36,086 nt of DNA from the UHGV virus genome UHGV-0136715; one strand, written 5' to 3'. Shown piece after piece: positions 15,711-24,330 of this stretch. The translations under genes were made by a program, and so were the position numbers. Source of the stretch: a virus. Below the pieces are notes generated by a model. That model made no database searches. It was not told the DNA's origin and worked only from the letters and a program-made list of their open reading frames with translations. Position 1 is the stretch's first letter; every line of letters starts with the position of its first letter.

Positions 15711-18085
15711 CAGATAGCCCCTTTCTCGATCGCTTCGATTATATCCTCGAATATCTCCGCCGACTTCGGCAGGTACTGCTTGAGCACCGCAAGGCTCTCC
15801 GGGTTTCCGATGTGCGCGCTGTAGAACTCCGCGAACGCCTCGCGCGCGAGCGCGCCGCCGCCTTTGTCCCAGTACGATGTGCGATGCCCCCAGCCGCCGT
15901 CCACCTTGTTGCCGGTCGCGCCGCCGAAGATGTCAGAGAGGTCGGCCTTCTGGGCATCTGTCATGCCCCTGATCTCCTTGCCCACGGCCTCATAGGCGCG
16001 TTGCTTCTTGACGGCCTCCTTGTACTGCGGGTCTTTCTTGACGGTGGCCACGATGCTCTTCTTGCTGGCCTTGATGGCCTTGACCTCCTCTGGCGTGTAG
16101 CCGTAGTCCTCCGGCTTAAAGCCTGGGGATGTCACGCGCTGGTACGCGCGGGCATCGTGCCGCAGCGCGGAGAACGTTGCCTCGGATAGCATACCCGCGT
16201 CGCGCATCCCCCTCAGGTCCATGGCGTCGATGAAGGCGGCGGCCTCCGCCTTGATGCGCGCGTGCACCGCATCGACGTAGGCGGTCGCCTCCTCCTTGAG
16301 CATCTTGCCGAAGGCGTTGCCCTTGTACTTCGTGGAGGCGTACATATCGCCACAGGGAACGCCTGCGGCGCGCTTGGCCGCATAGCCCTGCGCCCCCGTG
16401 CTGATGTAGTCGATATGGTGGCCGAACTCGTGGAACCACGTGTTCATGGACGGCCTGCGCGCGTCGGCGTAGGTGTTGGCCACGTTGATGCGCACGCCCA
16501 CGTCGCTAGGCGAGAAGTGGGCGGTGCTGCGGTAGGCGTGGTCGATGAGGCTCAGCTGGTCCTCGTATCGCAGGTACAGCCGCGCCGCCGGCGTGGTGCC
16601 CTTGCCTACTAGCTTGGCCACCTTGTCCACGTGCTTGCCTTCCAGCTTCGCGTATACGGGGGCGGACCTGTCCACGGCGGTCTTGGCCACGTGCTGCGCG
16701 CCCTTGATCTTGGCGGGGTTTCGCAGCGCGCTCACGATGCTCTTGAAGATGCCCTGCTGGTCTGAGGCTGAAAGCGATGCGAAGTCTGCGGCGGTGCCTC
16801 CACGGCTGGCCATTTCCTTGGCTATGGCGGCGCGTGCCGCGCCCTTGGTGATTCCGTTGGCCTTGAGCGTCGCGGATGCGGCCGAGCCTCCCAAGAACTC
16901 GTCCACCTTGCGCCCGCTGGCCTTGATGGCGGTGCCCTTCGGCATGTCGCCGGCCCATTCGCGGTTCGGCCTCCTGGTGAGCACGGTGGTGCCGGGCTTC
17001 GCCTTGGCGTTGGCGTCGTTGATGAGGTCGCGCATGGCGCTCTGCCGCTCTTTCAGCGTGCTCTGGGCCTTGAGCAGGTTGGTGCGGCTCTCAAGGCTGC
17101 CCGTCTTGTCGTAGACCTGCTGCGCGCCCCTCAGTTCTCGCTTGGCTTCGCGGATGCGCCGCTCAAGGTACCGCTGCTGCTGTTCCAGTTCGTACACCTC
17201 CGAACCTTCCAGCCCGCTAGGGTGCTGCGGGTTCTGCTCGTATGTCCTCGGCGCTCCGTGTCGGTACGGCCCGAAGCTGTGGCGGCAGTTCGCACCCAGA
17301 AGGCCGTCCACGCTTCCGTAGCGCGTGGCCTCGTAGAAGTCGGCGTACTTGTGGCCGTCTATCTCCACCTCGCCGCGCAGGCTGTAGACCTGCCCCTGCC
17401 ATGCGGCATGGCTCGGCCTGCTGTCCTCGTGGCTCGACACCTCCACAAGCGTGACCTCGCCGCGCTCCATCCGCTCCAAGGTCATGCGTGCGCCGTCCTG
17501 CGCGATCTGGGTGCGGATGTGACGGCGCACGGCCACGTCCACCTTGTTGGCCACGGTGACGATGCCGGTGCTGGCGTTCTGGTAGGTGATGATCGGGATG
17601 CCCTCGCGTTCCAGCTTCCTCACGGCGGAGTGCAGTGCCCGCTCCGTGGTCATGGTGCCGGTGTTCACGCGCGTGATGGCCTCCACTGAGGCCGAGAGGA
17701 AGGCCTGCTTGGCGCCCTCCACCATCTGGATGTTGTCGCGTGCCAAGATTCTGGCCACGCCGTCAACGGTCGCGGTGACCTGCTGAGGCCATAGCGGCGT
17801 GCCCTTGCCCATCCGTCTGATGTCATCGGCATCGGATGCCTCTATCAGGCGCTCGGCGGTCTCGCGCACCCCGGCCGCGATGACCTCGCGCTCGTCGTTG
17901 ATGTAGTCGCGAAGCTGCTGGGTGTGGGACTGGGCGATGAGGTTGAGCTCCGTCATGGTCAGCTGGTCAAGTTCCTCCACGTTGATGAGGGCGATGACCA
18001 GGTGGTCGAGCATCTTGGCCTCTATGTCGTTGTAGACGGCGGCAACCGCGTCGCCCGCCGTCTCGATCTGCTCAGGGGACAGCAT
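15710..18085 (-). CDS. MuF-type minor capsid protein (Phage_min_cap2-like) with C-terminal HEXXH metallopeptidase-like extension
   Basis: EVSSHEDSRPSHAAWQGQVYS and GLLGANCRHSFGPY in the N-terminal half; WFHEFGHHID and EAFAEFY in the extension. Confidence 0.85.
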   Translation of the reverse strand: MLSPEQIETAGDAVAAVYNDIEAKMLDHLVIALINVEELDQLTMTELNLIAQSHTQQLRDYINDEREVIAAGVRETAERLIEASDADDIRRMGKGTPLWPQQVTATVDGVARILARDNIQMVEGAKQAFLSASVEAITRVNTGTMTTERALHSAVRKLEREGIPIITYQNASTGIVTVANKVDVAVRRHIRTQIAQDGARMTLERMERGEVTLVEVSSHEDSRPSHAAWQGQVYSLRGEVEIDGHKYADFYEATRYGSVDGLLGANCRHSFGPYRHGAPRTYEQNPQHPSGLEGSEVYELEQQQRYLERRIREAKRELRGAQQVYDKTGSLESRTNLLKAQSTLKERQSAMRDLINDANAKAKPGTTVLTRRPNREWAGDMPKGTAIKASGRKVDEFLGGSAASATLKANGITKGAARAAIAKEMASRGGTAADFASLSASDQQGIFKSIVSALRNPAKIKGAQHVAKTAVDRSAPVYAKLEGKHVDKVAKLVGKGTTPAARLYLRYEDQLSLIDHAYRSTAHFSPSDVGVRINVANTYADARRPSMNTWFHEFGHHIDYISTGAQGYAAKRAAGVPCGDMYASTKYKGNAFGKMLKEEATAYVDAVHARIKAEAAAFIDAMDLRGMRDAGMLSEATFSALRHDARAYQRVTSPGFKPEDYGYTPEEVKAIKASKKSIVATVKKDPQYKEAVKKQRAYEAVGKEIRGMTDAQKADLSDIFGGATGNKVDGGWGHRTSYWDKGGGALAREAFAEFYSAHIGNPESLAVLKQYLPKSAEIFEDIIEAIEKGAI

Positions 18086-19509
18086 CAGAAGCCCGGATCT
18101 ATCGCTGCGGCCTGGTCGGGCACTGCGGCCGCTGCATCCTCCTCGTTGAATCCGCAGTAGTCCACGAGGTACTTGCGCTTGAGGGCGGGGATGCCCAGCA
18201 TGCTGATCTCGGTGAGCGCCATGTTCTTGTCCGTCTGCGTGTCGGTGATGACGCTGTCATCGAAGTCGATGGAGACCGCTGCCTGCGTGTCCACCGCAGT
18301 GCCGCAGATGCCCTTGCAAACGCCCGCCACGCCGCGCACCAGCGTGGTGATGGAGCCGCTGAGGGCGTTCTGGTGCTTCCTGAGCGTTCTGGCCAGCATG
18401 CTGGAATCGCTCACCACCTCGGTGGCCGTTTTCAGGCCGTCCTTGTGGTCCCATGCCCAGTAGTTGTCCCCAAGCCCGCAGGTGAGGGAGAGCATCTTGA
18501 GGCCGGCGTTGATGGCCGCCTCGTTGTCGGCCACGCGCATCTCCGGATGCACCACCTTCATCGGGTCGGTGCCCTCCTCGCCGGGAGGTGTGCGGAACAC
18601 GGTGTCATCGGCCTCGCCGAATGCGGCGTACTCGGTGACCTTGTTGCCGTTCGCGTCCTTCTTGGTCTTCTTCTCGATCATGGTGTCGGTCACGAACATC
18701 TTGGGGCGGCCGACCCGCATGTGCACCAGCAGGCTGGTGAGCGCCTCGTCGGTGGCCTTGATGGCGCTGATGCCCTTCTCGAAGATGCTGGCGCCCATCG
18801 CGCAATAGCTGAAATGGGGATTCGGGACGGCGGGCTTCACGAGCGCGAAGGTCTGCTCGGTGCTCTTGGTGTCGAGGTCTGCGATAACGCTCTCAGGGAA
18901 CACCATGCGGTGGCTCTTGATGTCGAACAGCTGCGTGAGGATGTGGTAGGTGCCATCCAGCAGCACGTGGGCCTGGCACTGGTCGTAGTCGCGGCCGTCC
19001 AGCTCCACCCGTGTCACGAACGCGCACTGCGTGCAGCTGTCAGCCGACCACGTGAGGGGGAGGCACTGGTGCGCCTCGTAGTCCTCGATCTCCACGCGCG
19101 CATCGGGGTGGAGCATGCCATCGTCCGAAACGTCATAGACCCCGCAGGCCCATCCCCCTGTGCCGAGGGCGAAGGAGCGGGTAACGAAGTCGGCCTGGTT
19201 CACGCCGAAGCCGCCGAAGTGGGCGGCTATGACTTTCTGCATCCCCTCATCCTCGGCGGTGATGCCCAGCTTCTCGTTCATCAGCAGGTCGCTCCACGCC
19301 TCCGCCGCCAGTGCCGCAGGGTGCAGCGTCTCGCGGTCAACGCGGAAGCGGCGCATGTTCCTGCTCACGCTGTAGTGGTACCAGTTGTTGTCGGCCGTGT
19401 ACCAGCCCCAGTATTTCCCGATGATGCCGCTCATGCGGGTGTCGGGATGGTAGCCCATCATCTTGAGCCATTCGATTGCGAAGGCGAAAGTGCCGCGCTC
19501 CTCTGCCAT
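18085..19509 (-). CDS. Portal protein (SPP1/A118-like)
   Basis: FALGTG...NPH...GASIF...KTATEVVS...FDDSVITD motifs; follows terminase. Confidence 0.9.
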   Translation of the reverse strand: MAEERGTFAFAIEWLKMMGYHPDTRMSGIIGKYWGWYTADNNWYHYSVSRNMRRFRVDRETLHPAALAAEAWSDLLMNEKLGITAEDEGMQKVIAAHFGGFGVNQADFVTRSFALGTGGWACGVYDVSDDGMLHPDARVEIEDYEAHQCLPLTWSADSCTQCAFVTRVELDGRDYDQCQAHVLLDGTYHILTQLFDIKSHRMVFPESVIADLDTKSTEQTFALVKPAVPNPHFSYCAMGASIFEKGISAIKATDEALTSLLVHMRVGRPKMFVTDTMIEKKTKKDANGNKVTEYAAFGEADDTVFRTPPGEEGTDPMKVVHPEMRVADNEAAINAGLKMLSLTCGLGDNYWAWDHKDGLKTATEVVSDSSMLARTLRKHQNALSGSITTLVRGVAGVCKGICGTAVDTQAAVSIDFDDSVITDTQTDKNMALTEISMLGIPALKRKYLVDYCGFNEEDAAAAVPDQAAAIDPGF

Positions 19510-19510
19510 G

Positions 19511-21163
19511 CTATAACCCCTGCCTAATCCATACGGATGCCGCGTAGCCCGCAGCGTCCAGCGTGTCATCGTCTACCTTTGGCAGTGTCTCCGTAATGTC
19601 GCCCGACGGGGTTATGACGTACTCAAGGGCGGGAATCTGCTCAGCCGCGAGCGGGCAGGTGTTCGGGTCGATGACGATCTTGGCCAACCGGTTGAACCAC
19701 CGCACGCGCTCGCTTGGGGAGTTCACTCCTTGCTTGTAGGCCTTGCGCGCGTGAAGCCCCTGCTGCTGGTAGTACAGGATCATGCCCTTGGCCGCGCTGT
19801 CGCACCAGAGGTCTGCATCCTCCTCGTCCCACTCCTCAAGCCTCTCGGCCAGAAGCGGCGCGGTCTTCGTATCATGCGCCTCGCTGCCTGTGGCGCTGTC
19901 TTCATTCAGGAACCACAGCACGTGCTCGTCCACGTCATAGGCCACGCGCTCGTGAACCCACGGGTGGACGCTGCCGGCATCTACTCCGTGGGCTATGTTG
20001 TCCAACGCCTCGCGCTCCTCGTCGGTGATGGGTCGCACCTCGATGATCTCCGGGTCGATGACGTTGGCGCCCGTGCCCGTGGCCTCGCCGTCGTACTCGT
20101 GGCGGTACGCCTTGGGGTTGCGCGCTTTGAGGGCTTCTGCCACGGCGATGAACGCCTCGCCCAGCCACGCCCTCGGCGCATCCGTCCAGTGCGAGCGGTG
20201 CACGGTGCGGCCCTCCTGGGGCTGCTTGCTCTCGCGGTTGACCCATGCGTTGGCCGATATGGGCGGGTTGTAGCTGAGGAACGTCCACGTGGGCAGGTCG
20301 CCGCCGCCGCGCAGCACCGTCTGCTTCACGTTGCGGACGTAGCGGTAGCCGGGGAACTGGCTGGCCTCCTCGAACCACACGTATGCGATATAGCCCTCCT
20401 CGGGCGCCAGTCCCTTGAGAGGGGAATCCTCAGGGTTCACGTTGTCCGCACCGAAGAAGTAGATCACGTTGCCCGTCGGCCTGTGCACGGCCTGCAGGGG
20501 CGATTTGCCCCATGTGAACTCGTCGGCCACGCCCATCCTTCGGGCGGCCTTCTTGATCTCCGCATAGACGGAGGTGCGCAGCTTGTTCGTCCGGTTGCGC
20601 ATGCAGAGGGCATTGCGCCCCTGCACGGTGGTCACTCCGTTCACGATCTCGGTGGCGATGTGGCTGGTCTTGAGCGAGCCGCGCCCGCCTTCCTCCCATA
20701 TCTCCTCGAACTCGTGGGCGATGATGGAGCGGTGCAGGTCGATGAAGGCGCGCCCGATGAGCAGCCCGAAGTCGTACACCCTCAGGATGCCGTCGGCCTT
20801 GCCCGTATCGTCGGGCAGCACGTCCAGCAGCTTGGAGCCGGTGGCCATCATGGCATCGGTGGCCGCCTTGTCGATGAAGCCCTCTCGCGCCCTCTCCACG
20901 GCTATCTTGGATGCATGGGCGTTCAGGGCCGCCATTCGGTCGATGACGGCCGCACGCGACGCGACAGCCTGCTCTGCGGCCGCATCCTGCAACTCCTTGA
21001 CCCTTGCGGAAACCTTGAGCAGCTTCTCAAGGCGGCAAGCCTGCGAGTCCACCGCCGAGTCCTTCCATTTGACAGACTTCGGGTATGCCTCGCGGTACGC
21101 TTGGCGCTGTGAAAGCCCACGGGCGCGGGCCTGGCAGTATTTCTCCTGGGGGGCGGTGAGCAC
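19511..21163 (-). CDS. Terminase large subunit (PBSX-like) with N-terminal small-terminase-like domain
   Basis: GGRGSLKT (Walker A), WFEEA (Walker B), SYNPP, GVDAG and DDTLDAAGYA; N-terminal LTAPQEKY...AYREAY...ACRL. GTG start at 21163 overlaps the upstream stop. Confidence 0.88.
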   Translation of the reverse strand: MLTAPQEKYCQARARGLSQRQAYREAYPKSVKWKDSAVDSQACRLEKLLKVSARVKELQDAAAEQAVASRAAVIDRMAALNAHASKIAVERAREGFIDKAATDAMMATGSKLLDVLPDDTGKADGILRVYDFGLLIGRAFIDLHRSIIAHEFEEIWEEGGRGSLKTSHIATEIVNGVTTVQGRNALCMRNRTNKLRTSVYAEIKKAARRMGVADEFTWGKSPLQAVHRPTGNVIYFFGADNVNPEDSPLKGLAPEEGYIAYVWFEEASQFPGYRYVRNVKQTVLRGGGDLPTWTFLSYNPPISANAWVNRESKQPQEGRTVHRSHWTDAPRAWLGEAFIAVAEALKARNPKAYRHEYDGEATGTGANVIDPEIIEVRPITDEEREALDNIAHGVDAGSVHPWVHERVAYDVDEHVLWFLNEDSATGSEAHDTKTAPLLAERLEEWDEEDADLWCDSAAKGMILYYQQQGLHARKAYKQGVNSPSERVRWFNRLAKIVIDPNTCPLAAEQIPALEYVITPSGDITETLPKVDDDTLDAAGYAASVWIRQGL

Positions 21164-21309
21164 TAGAAGCGTTCCCTGTGCTGTGTGACGCGCTTGCACC
21201 AAGGGCACCACATGGTCTTGATGTGGTTGCGCTTGCGCAGGTGGCCGCGCCTGCGGCGCACCGGCATCATGCCCCCGCACTTGCAGCACTTCATCTGGCT
21301 GAGCGGCAT
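21163..21309 (-). CDS. Small basic zinc-ribbon protein resembling ribosomal protein L33 (48 aa)
   Basis: AGGAGG RBS; CKC/CxxC...HIKTMWCPWCKRVTQHRE. Confidence 0.65.
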   Translation of the reverse strand: MPLSQMKCCKCGGMMPVRRRRGHLRKRNHIKTMWCPWCKRVTQHRERF

Positions 21310-21333
21310 GGCGGTCCTCCTATCTTGGCGGTG

Positions 21334-21352
21334 ATTCTCTTGGATGTGTCGC
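21334..21352 (-). promoter_or_regulatory. Motif GCGACAC-N7-AGAAT at the start of the late operon
   Basis: Recurrent motif, between a hairpin and the RBS of the first late gene. Confidence 0.55.
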
Positions 21353-21362
21353 AAAACGTAAG

Positions 21363-21388
21363 GGAGCCGCCCTAGGGAAGGCGGCTCC
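21363..21388 (-). terminator. Hairpin at the early/late boundary
   Basis: 9-bp stem GGAGCCGCC / GGCGGCTCC followed by CTTACGTTTT on the minus strand. Confidence 0.55.
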
Positions 21389-21430
21389 GGTAGAGGAGGG
21401 TCGCGGCGCAACCGGGGAAGAAGGAAAGAT

Positions 21431-21763
21431 TCAAGAAGCCCGATCGGCCGCATTGGCATGTTCTGCCATGTGTCGCCGGTACTCCTCCCGCCTGCGCTTG
21501 CGGGTCTGGGCGTGGTGCTCCTTGTCCGCGCGCAGGTGGCAGGGTGCGCACAGGGCGACGAGGTTGGACCGCTCGCAGTTCTCAGGCGTGTGGTCGATGT
21601 GGTGCACGGTGAGCGTCCTGCGGTGCGTGTCCAGCGGCTCTCCCGGCCTGCGGCACTGCTTCCCGCACTCCTCGCACTTCCACCCCGCCTCCTCCTTCAC
21701 CTGGGCTGCTATCTGCTTCCAGTCCTTCGGGTAGCGGTGGCGCTCCATGGGCATCGCGTCCAC
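21431..21763 (-). CDS. HNH endonuclease
   Basis: CEECG...LTVHHIDH...N...NLVALCAPCH. Confidence 0.85.
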   Translation of the reverse strand: MDAMPMERHRYPKDWKQIAAQVKEEAGWKCEECGKQCRRPGEPLDTHRRTLTVHHIDHTPENCERSNLVALCAPCHLRADKEHHAQTRKRRREEYRRHMAEHANAADRAS

Positions 21764-21766
21764 CCC

Positions 21767-22315
21767 CTAGCAGCACGGTGCCAGCAGCGGCTGTGGTGCG
21801 GGCGCGTCCGCCATCGAGGCTGCGGGCGCTGCGGGGCTGAGCCATTCCCTCCACGGGCGGCAGGGCATACCCAGAGCCTCGGCGATGTCGTGCTCGATCT
21901 TCGCGCCACGGCTCCGCTCCCATCCGTCCAGCATGGCGATGCCGTCGTACAGCGGGATGGTGCTCTGGCCGTCGTTCGCGAGCATCTGGCGGATGCTGGT
22001 GCGCATGGCGCGGCCCCATTCGGTTCCCTGCTCGATGTAGTGGTGCGGGCAGTCGCACTCGTAGCCGTCCTTGCGCAGGATGGCGCGGACTGCCCTGAAG
22101 GTCTCCCTGTTGTCGTTCGGCTTTCCCGTGACGGGTCCGATGAGGTAGAGGCGGGGGATGTCTCCGTAGACCACCACCCTCTCGCATCCTCCGCATTCCC
22201 TCACGGTGTTGGGGTTGGTGCCGGCGGGTACCTCCCACCCGCATTTGGAGCAGACGATGCGCGTCATGTCCGTGTTGAGCTCAAGCATGCACACGCGGTC
22301 GCTGGTTCGGCTCAT
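21767..22315 (-). CDS. Zinc-ribbon plus DUF4406-like (nucleoside deoxyribosyltransferase-like fold) protein
   Basis: CSKC/CGGC, then LYLIGPVTG...N...F and LDGWERSRGAKIEHDIAEALG. Confidence 0.7.
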   Translation of the reverse strand: MSRTSDRVCMLELNTDMTRIVCSKCGWEVPAGTNPNTVRECGGCERVVVYGDIPRLYLIGPVTGKPNDNRETFRAVRAILRKDGYECDCPHHYIEQGTEWGRAMRTSIRQMLANDGQSTIPLYDGIAMLDGWERSRGAKIEHDIAEALGMPCRPWREWLSPAAPAASMADAPAPQPLLAPCC

Positions 22316-22500
22316 TTCATCGCCTCCAATTCCCTCGCTAGCGCATCCGCCGATTCCTCGGTGAGGTTCATGCCCGCTCCGTCATCGAAGACCACGAAGT
22401 TGGTATCGGGGTGCATTCTCACGACTGCGCCCAGATCGATGAGCCACTCAGTTGGGCATTTGCCAGCTTGTTCGACTTTGACGAACTTCCTATTGCTCAC
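22312..22500 (-). CDS. Hypothetical protein (62 aa)
   Basis: GTG start with AGGAGG RBS; ATGA overlap with the next gene. Confidence 0.6.
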   Translation of the reverse strand: MSNRKFVKVEQAGKCPTEWLIDLGAVVRMHPDTNFVVFDDGAGMNLTEESADALARELEAMK

Positions 22501-22508
22501 GCTTCCTC

Positions 22509-23411
22509 CTAGAAGATCGAGTCCACCGCTTCGATGCGGCGGCCTATGTGGTTGATTACGGGCACGGCCATGGAGTTGCCGCATGCCTTGTAGCGGGGCG
22601 CGTCGGGGGTGCCCGTCTCAACGACCGTGGGCGGATTCTTGATGAATGCGACGTACCCTTCGGGGTCATCGAACTCGTCCGGGCACTTTCCCCAGTCGAT
22701 TCGCTCGCGGGTCTCTCCTCCGTAGATGTCGGTCCATCCGTCGGGGAAGCCTTGAAGGCGCTCACACTCCACGGGCATGAGGCGGCGCACTATGTAGCCG
22801 TTCGCTGCTACGATGGGCGCGGAGCCGCCGCATTTCAGGGTGTTGGCCACGTTGATTCCGATGCCAGCGTGGGCGTTGTCATCCGCCATGCATACGGCAG
22901 GCTCTCCCGAATGGGCTGCACTCATCGTCGGGGTCACTTCCTCAGCTGCCGATACCCCTATGCTCGAGTTCCAAGCGAAGGCAACAGCATGGCGGTCGGC
23001 GGTCGTGAGGGTGAACATCGCCCCATCGTCCTCGATGCCCAGGTGATGGCCGCCGTTCTTCTCCTCGCGGCCGATGATGTTGCCGCTTATGGCATAGGCA
23101 ACGCTCGGCACCTGGTTCGTTCCCGATTCGGCCGCCCTCAGGGTGGGGGCCACCTCGTCCTGCGCGGCAACGGATCCCGCCGTGGCTGACTGCCCCGCGC
23201 TGAATCCGATGCACACCGCAGGGGTATGCCCCTGGGCGCTCATGGTGTGGCAGGGGTCTCCCCACTGGGGGTTGCTGCCGTTTCTGGGGTCGGTCACCTG
23301 GGTGGTGTCGATCGGCAGCACGTTGGACTGGAACAGCACCTGGTCTTGGCTAGTGGCCAGCGTCGCGCTCAGATCGTCCTGAATCAGAGGCCCAGAACCC
23401 CCCCTGTGCAA
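22509..23411 (-). CDS. C5-cytosine methyltransferase, C-terminal part (variable region, motifs IX and X)
   Basis: RRLMPVECERLQGFPD and GNSMAVPVI; repeated xPTL/HAV units; out of frame with the N-terminal part at a G7 tract. Confidence 0.8.
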   Translation of the reverse strand: MHRGGSGPLIQDDLSATLATSQDQVLFQSNVLPIDTTQVTDPRNGSNPQWGDPCHTMSAQGHTPAVCIGFSAGQSATAGSVAAQDEVAPTLRAAESGTNQVPSVAYAISGNIIGREEKNGGHHLGIEDDGAMFTLTTADRHAVAFAWNSSIGVSAAEEVTPTMSAAHSGEPAVCMADDNAHAGIGINVANTLKCGGSAPIVAANGYIVRRLMPVECERLQGFPDGWTDIYGGETRERIDWGKCPDEFDDPEGYVAFIKNPPTVVETGTPDAPRYKACGNSMAVPVINHIGRRIEAVDSIF

Positions 23412-23862
23412 GGCGATCCGGTATGGCGCAGCTTGAGCGTATAGCTTCCTGCAGGGCGGTCTTGAGCACCGGCGGCAAGGAGCGCCCGCGCCTCTCGGCT
23501 CGACGGATTATCCCCTCGCATGCAGTCGGGCTCAAAAAGTACTCCTGCGGCGCATCCGGGCACAGGATGTCCGACAAGAAACACACGGCGCCGCCTCTGG
23601 GGTACTCCGAAGAACTGAGCGTCCAGCACTCGCCACGCGAGAGCATACCCGCAGTCTTCCAACTCCCCGAGGAGGGTGCCAAAGGCTCGCCCTTTGTCCT
23701 GTGACAGAACTCCGGGGACGTTCTCCCAGATGACCCAGCGGGGCTTAGCTTCTCTAACACAGCGGACGAACTCAAGCATGAGCTGACCTCGCTCGTCCAT
23801 AAGTCCAAGTCTTCGCCCTGCCATGCTGAACGCTTGGCACGGGCTTCCTCCGATGACAACAT
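23350..23862 (-). CDS. Nested alternative-frame ORF inside the C5-methyltransferase gene (beta-polypeptide-like, 170 aa)
   Basis: ATG at 23862 with GGGAG RBS; GECWTL...LSDIL...YFLSPTACEGIIRRAERRGRSLP pattern. Confidence 0.65.
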   Translation of the reverse strand: MLSSEEARAKRSAWQGEDLDLWTSEVSSCLSSSAVLEKLSPAGSSGRTSPEFCHRTKGEPLAPSSGSWKTAGMLSRGECWTLSSSEYPRGGAVCFLSDILCPDAPQEYFLSPTACEGIIRRAERRGRSLPPVLKTALQEAIRSSCAIPDRLAQGGFWASDSGRSERDAGH

Positions 23863-24052
23863 CGACGCTCCCTTCGTATTCGGTCCAATCAACCCCGGCC
23901 ACGTCTCCCAAGTTGGGCACGTCCGGGAATCGCTTTGCTAGCAGGTCGCAGCAGAACGGCTCGATCTCCGAGAAGGCCACGGGGTTCCAGCCGAGGGAAG
24001 CCCAGGCCACGGAGGCGGCCTCTATGCCGCTGAAAAGGCTGATGTAGTTCAT
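23384..24052 (-). CDS. C5-cytosine methyltransferase, N-terminal part (motifs I-VIII)
   Basis: SLFSGIEA, GGSPCQ, WENVPG and GVPQRRRRVF. Confidence 0.88.
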   Translation of the reverse strand: MNYISLFSGIEAASVAWASLGWNPVAFSEIEPFCCDLLAKRFPDVPNLGDVAGVDWTEYEGSVDVVIGGSPCQAFSMAGRRLGLMDERGQLMLEFVRCVREAKPRWVIWENVPGVLSQDKGRAFGTLLGELEDCGYALAWRVLDAQFFGVPQRRRRVFLVGHPVPGCAAGVLFEPDCMRGDNPSSREARALLAAGAQDRPAGSYTLKLRHTGSPCTGGVLGL

Positions 24053-24330
24053 TCCTCCTCCATTTGCAGGTCTCGCATGAGGTCATAGGCTTGGTCGGCC
24101 GCCTCCCAGACCTCCCAATCGGGATCGAAGCTGGCCGCAGCGTCGAAGGCATCGCAGTCATTCCCGACGGTCACGACGCTGTCGGGTTCAACGAACTCGC
24201 CGATCTCGTCACAGAAGCCATGGGCGCCGCAGGGGCACTCGTGGAAGTGGTTGCAGTCTCCGCAGTGGGCGCGGAACGTGGGCGGTTCGGGCGGGTCGAC
24301 CCAGTCTTGGTCTCTCATTCCGAAGCTCAT
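24049..24330 (-). CDS. Small Cys-rich acidic hypothetical protein
   Basis: ATG at 24330 overlapping the upstream stop; CGDC...CPCG...C. Confidence 0.6.
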   Translation of the reverse strand: MSFGMRDQDWVDPPEPPTFRAHCGDCNHFHECPCGAHGFCDEIGEFVEPDSVVTVGNDCDAFDAAASFDPDWEVWEAADQAYDLMRDLQMEEE

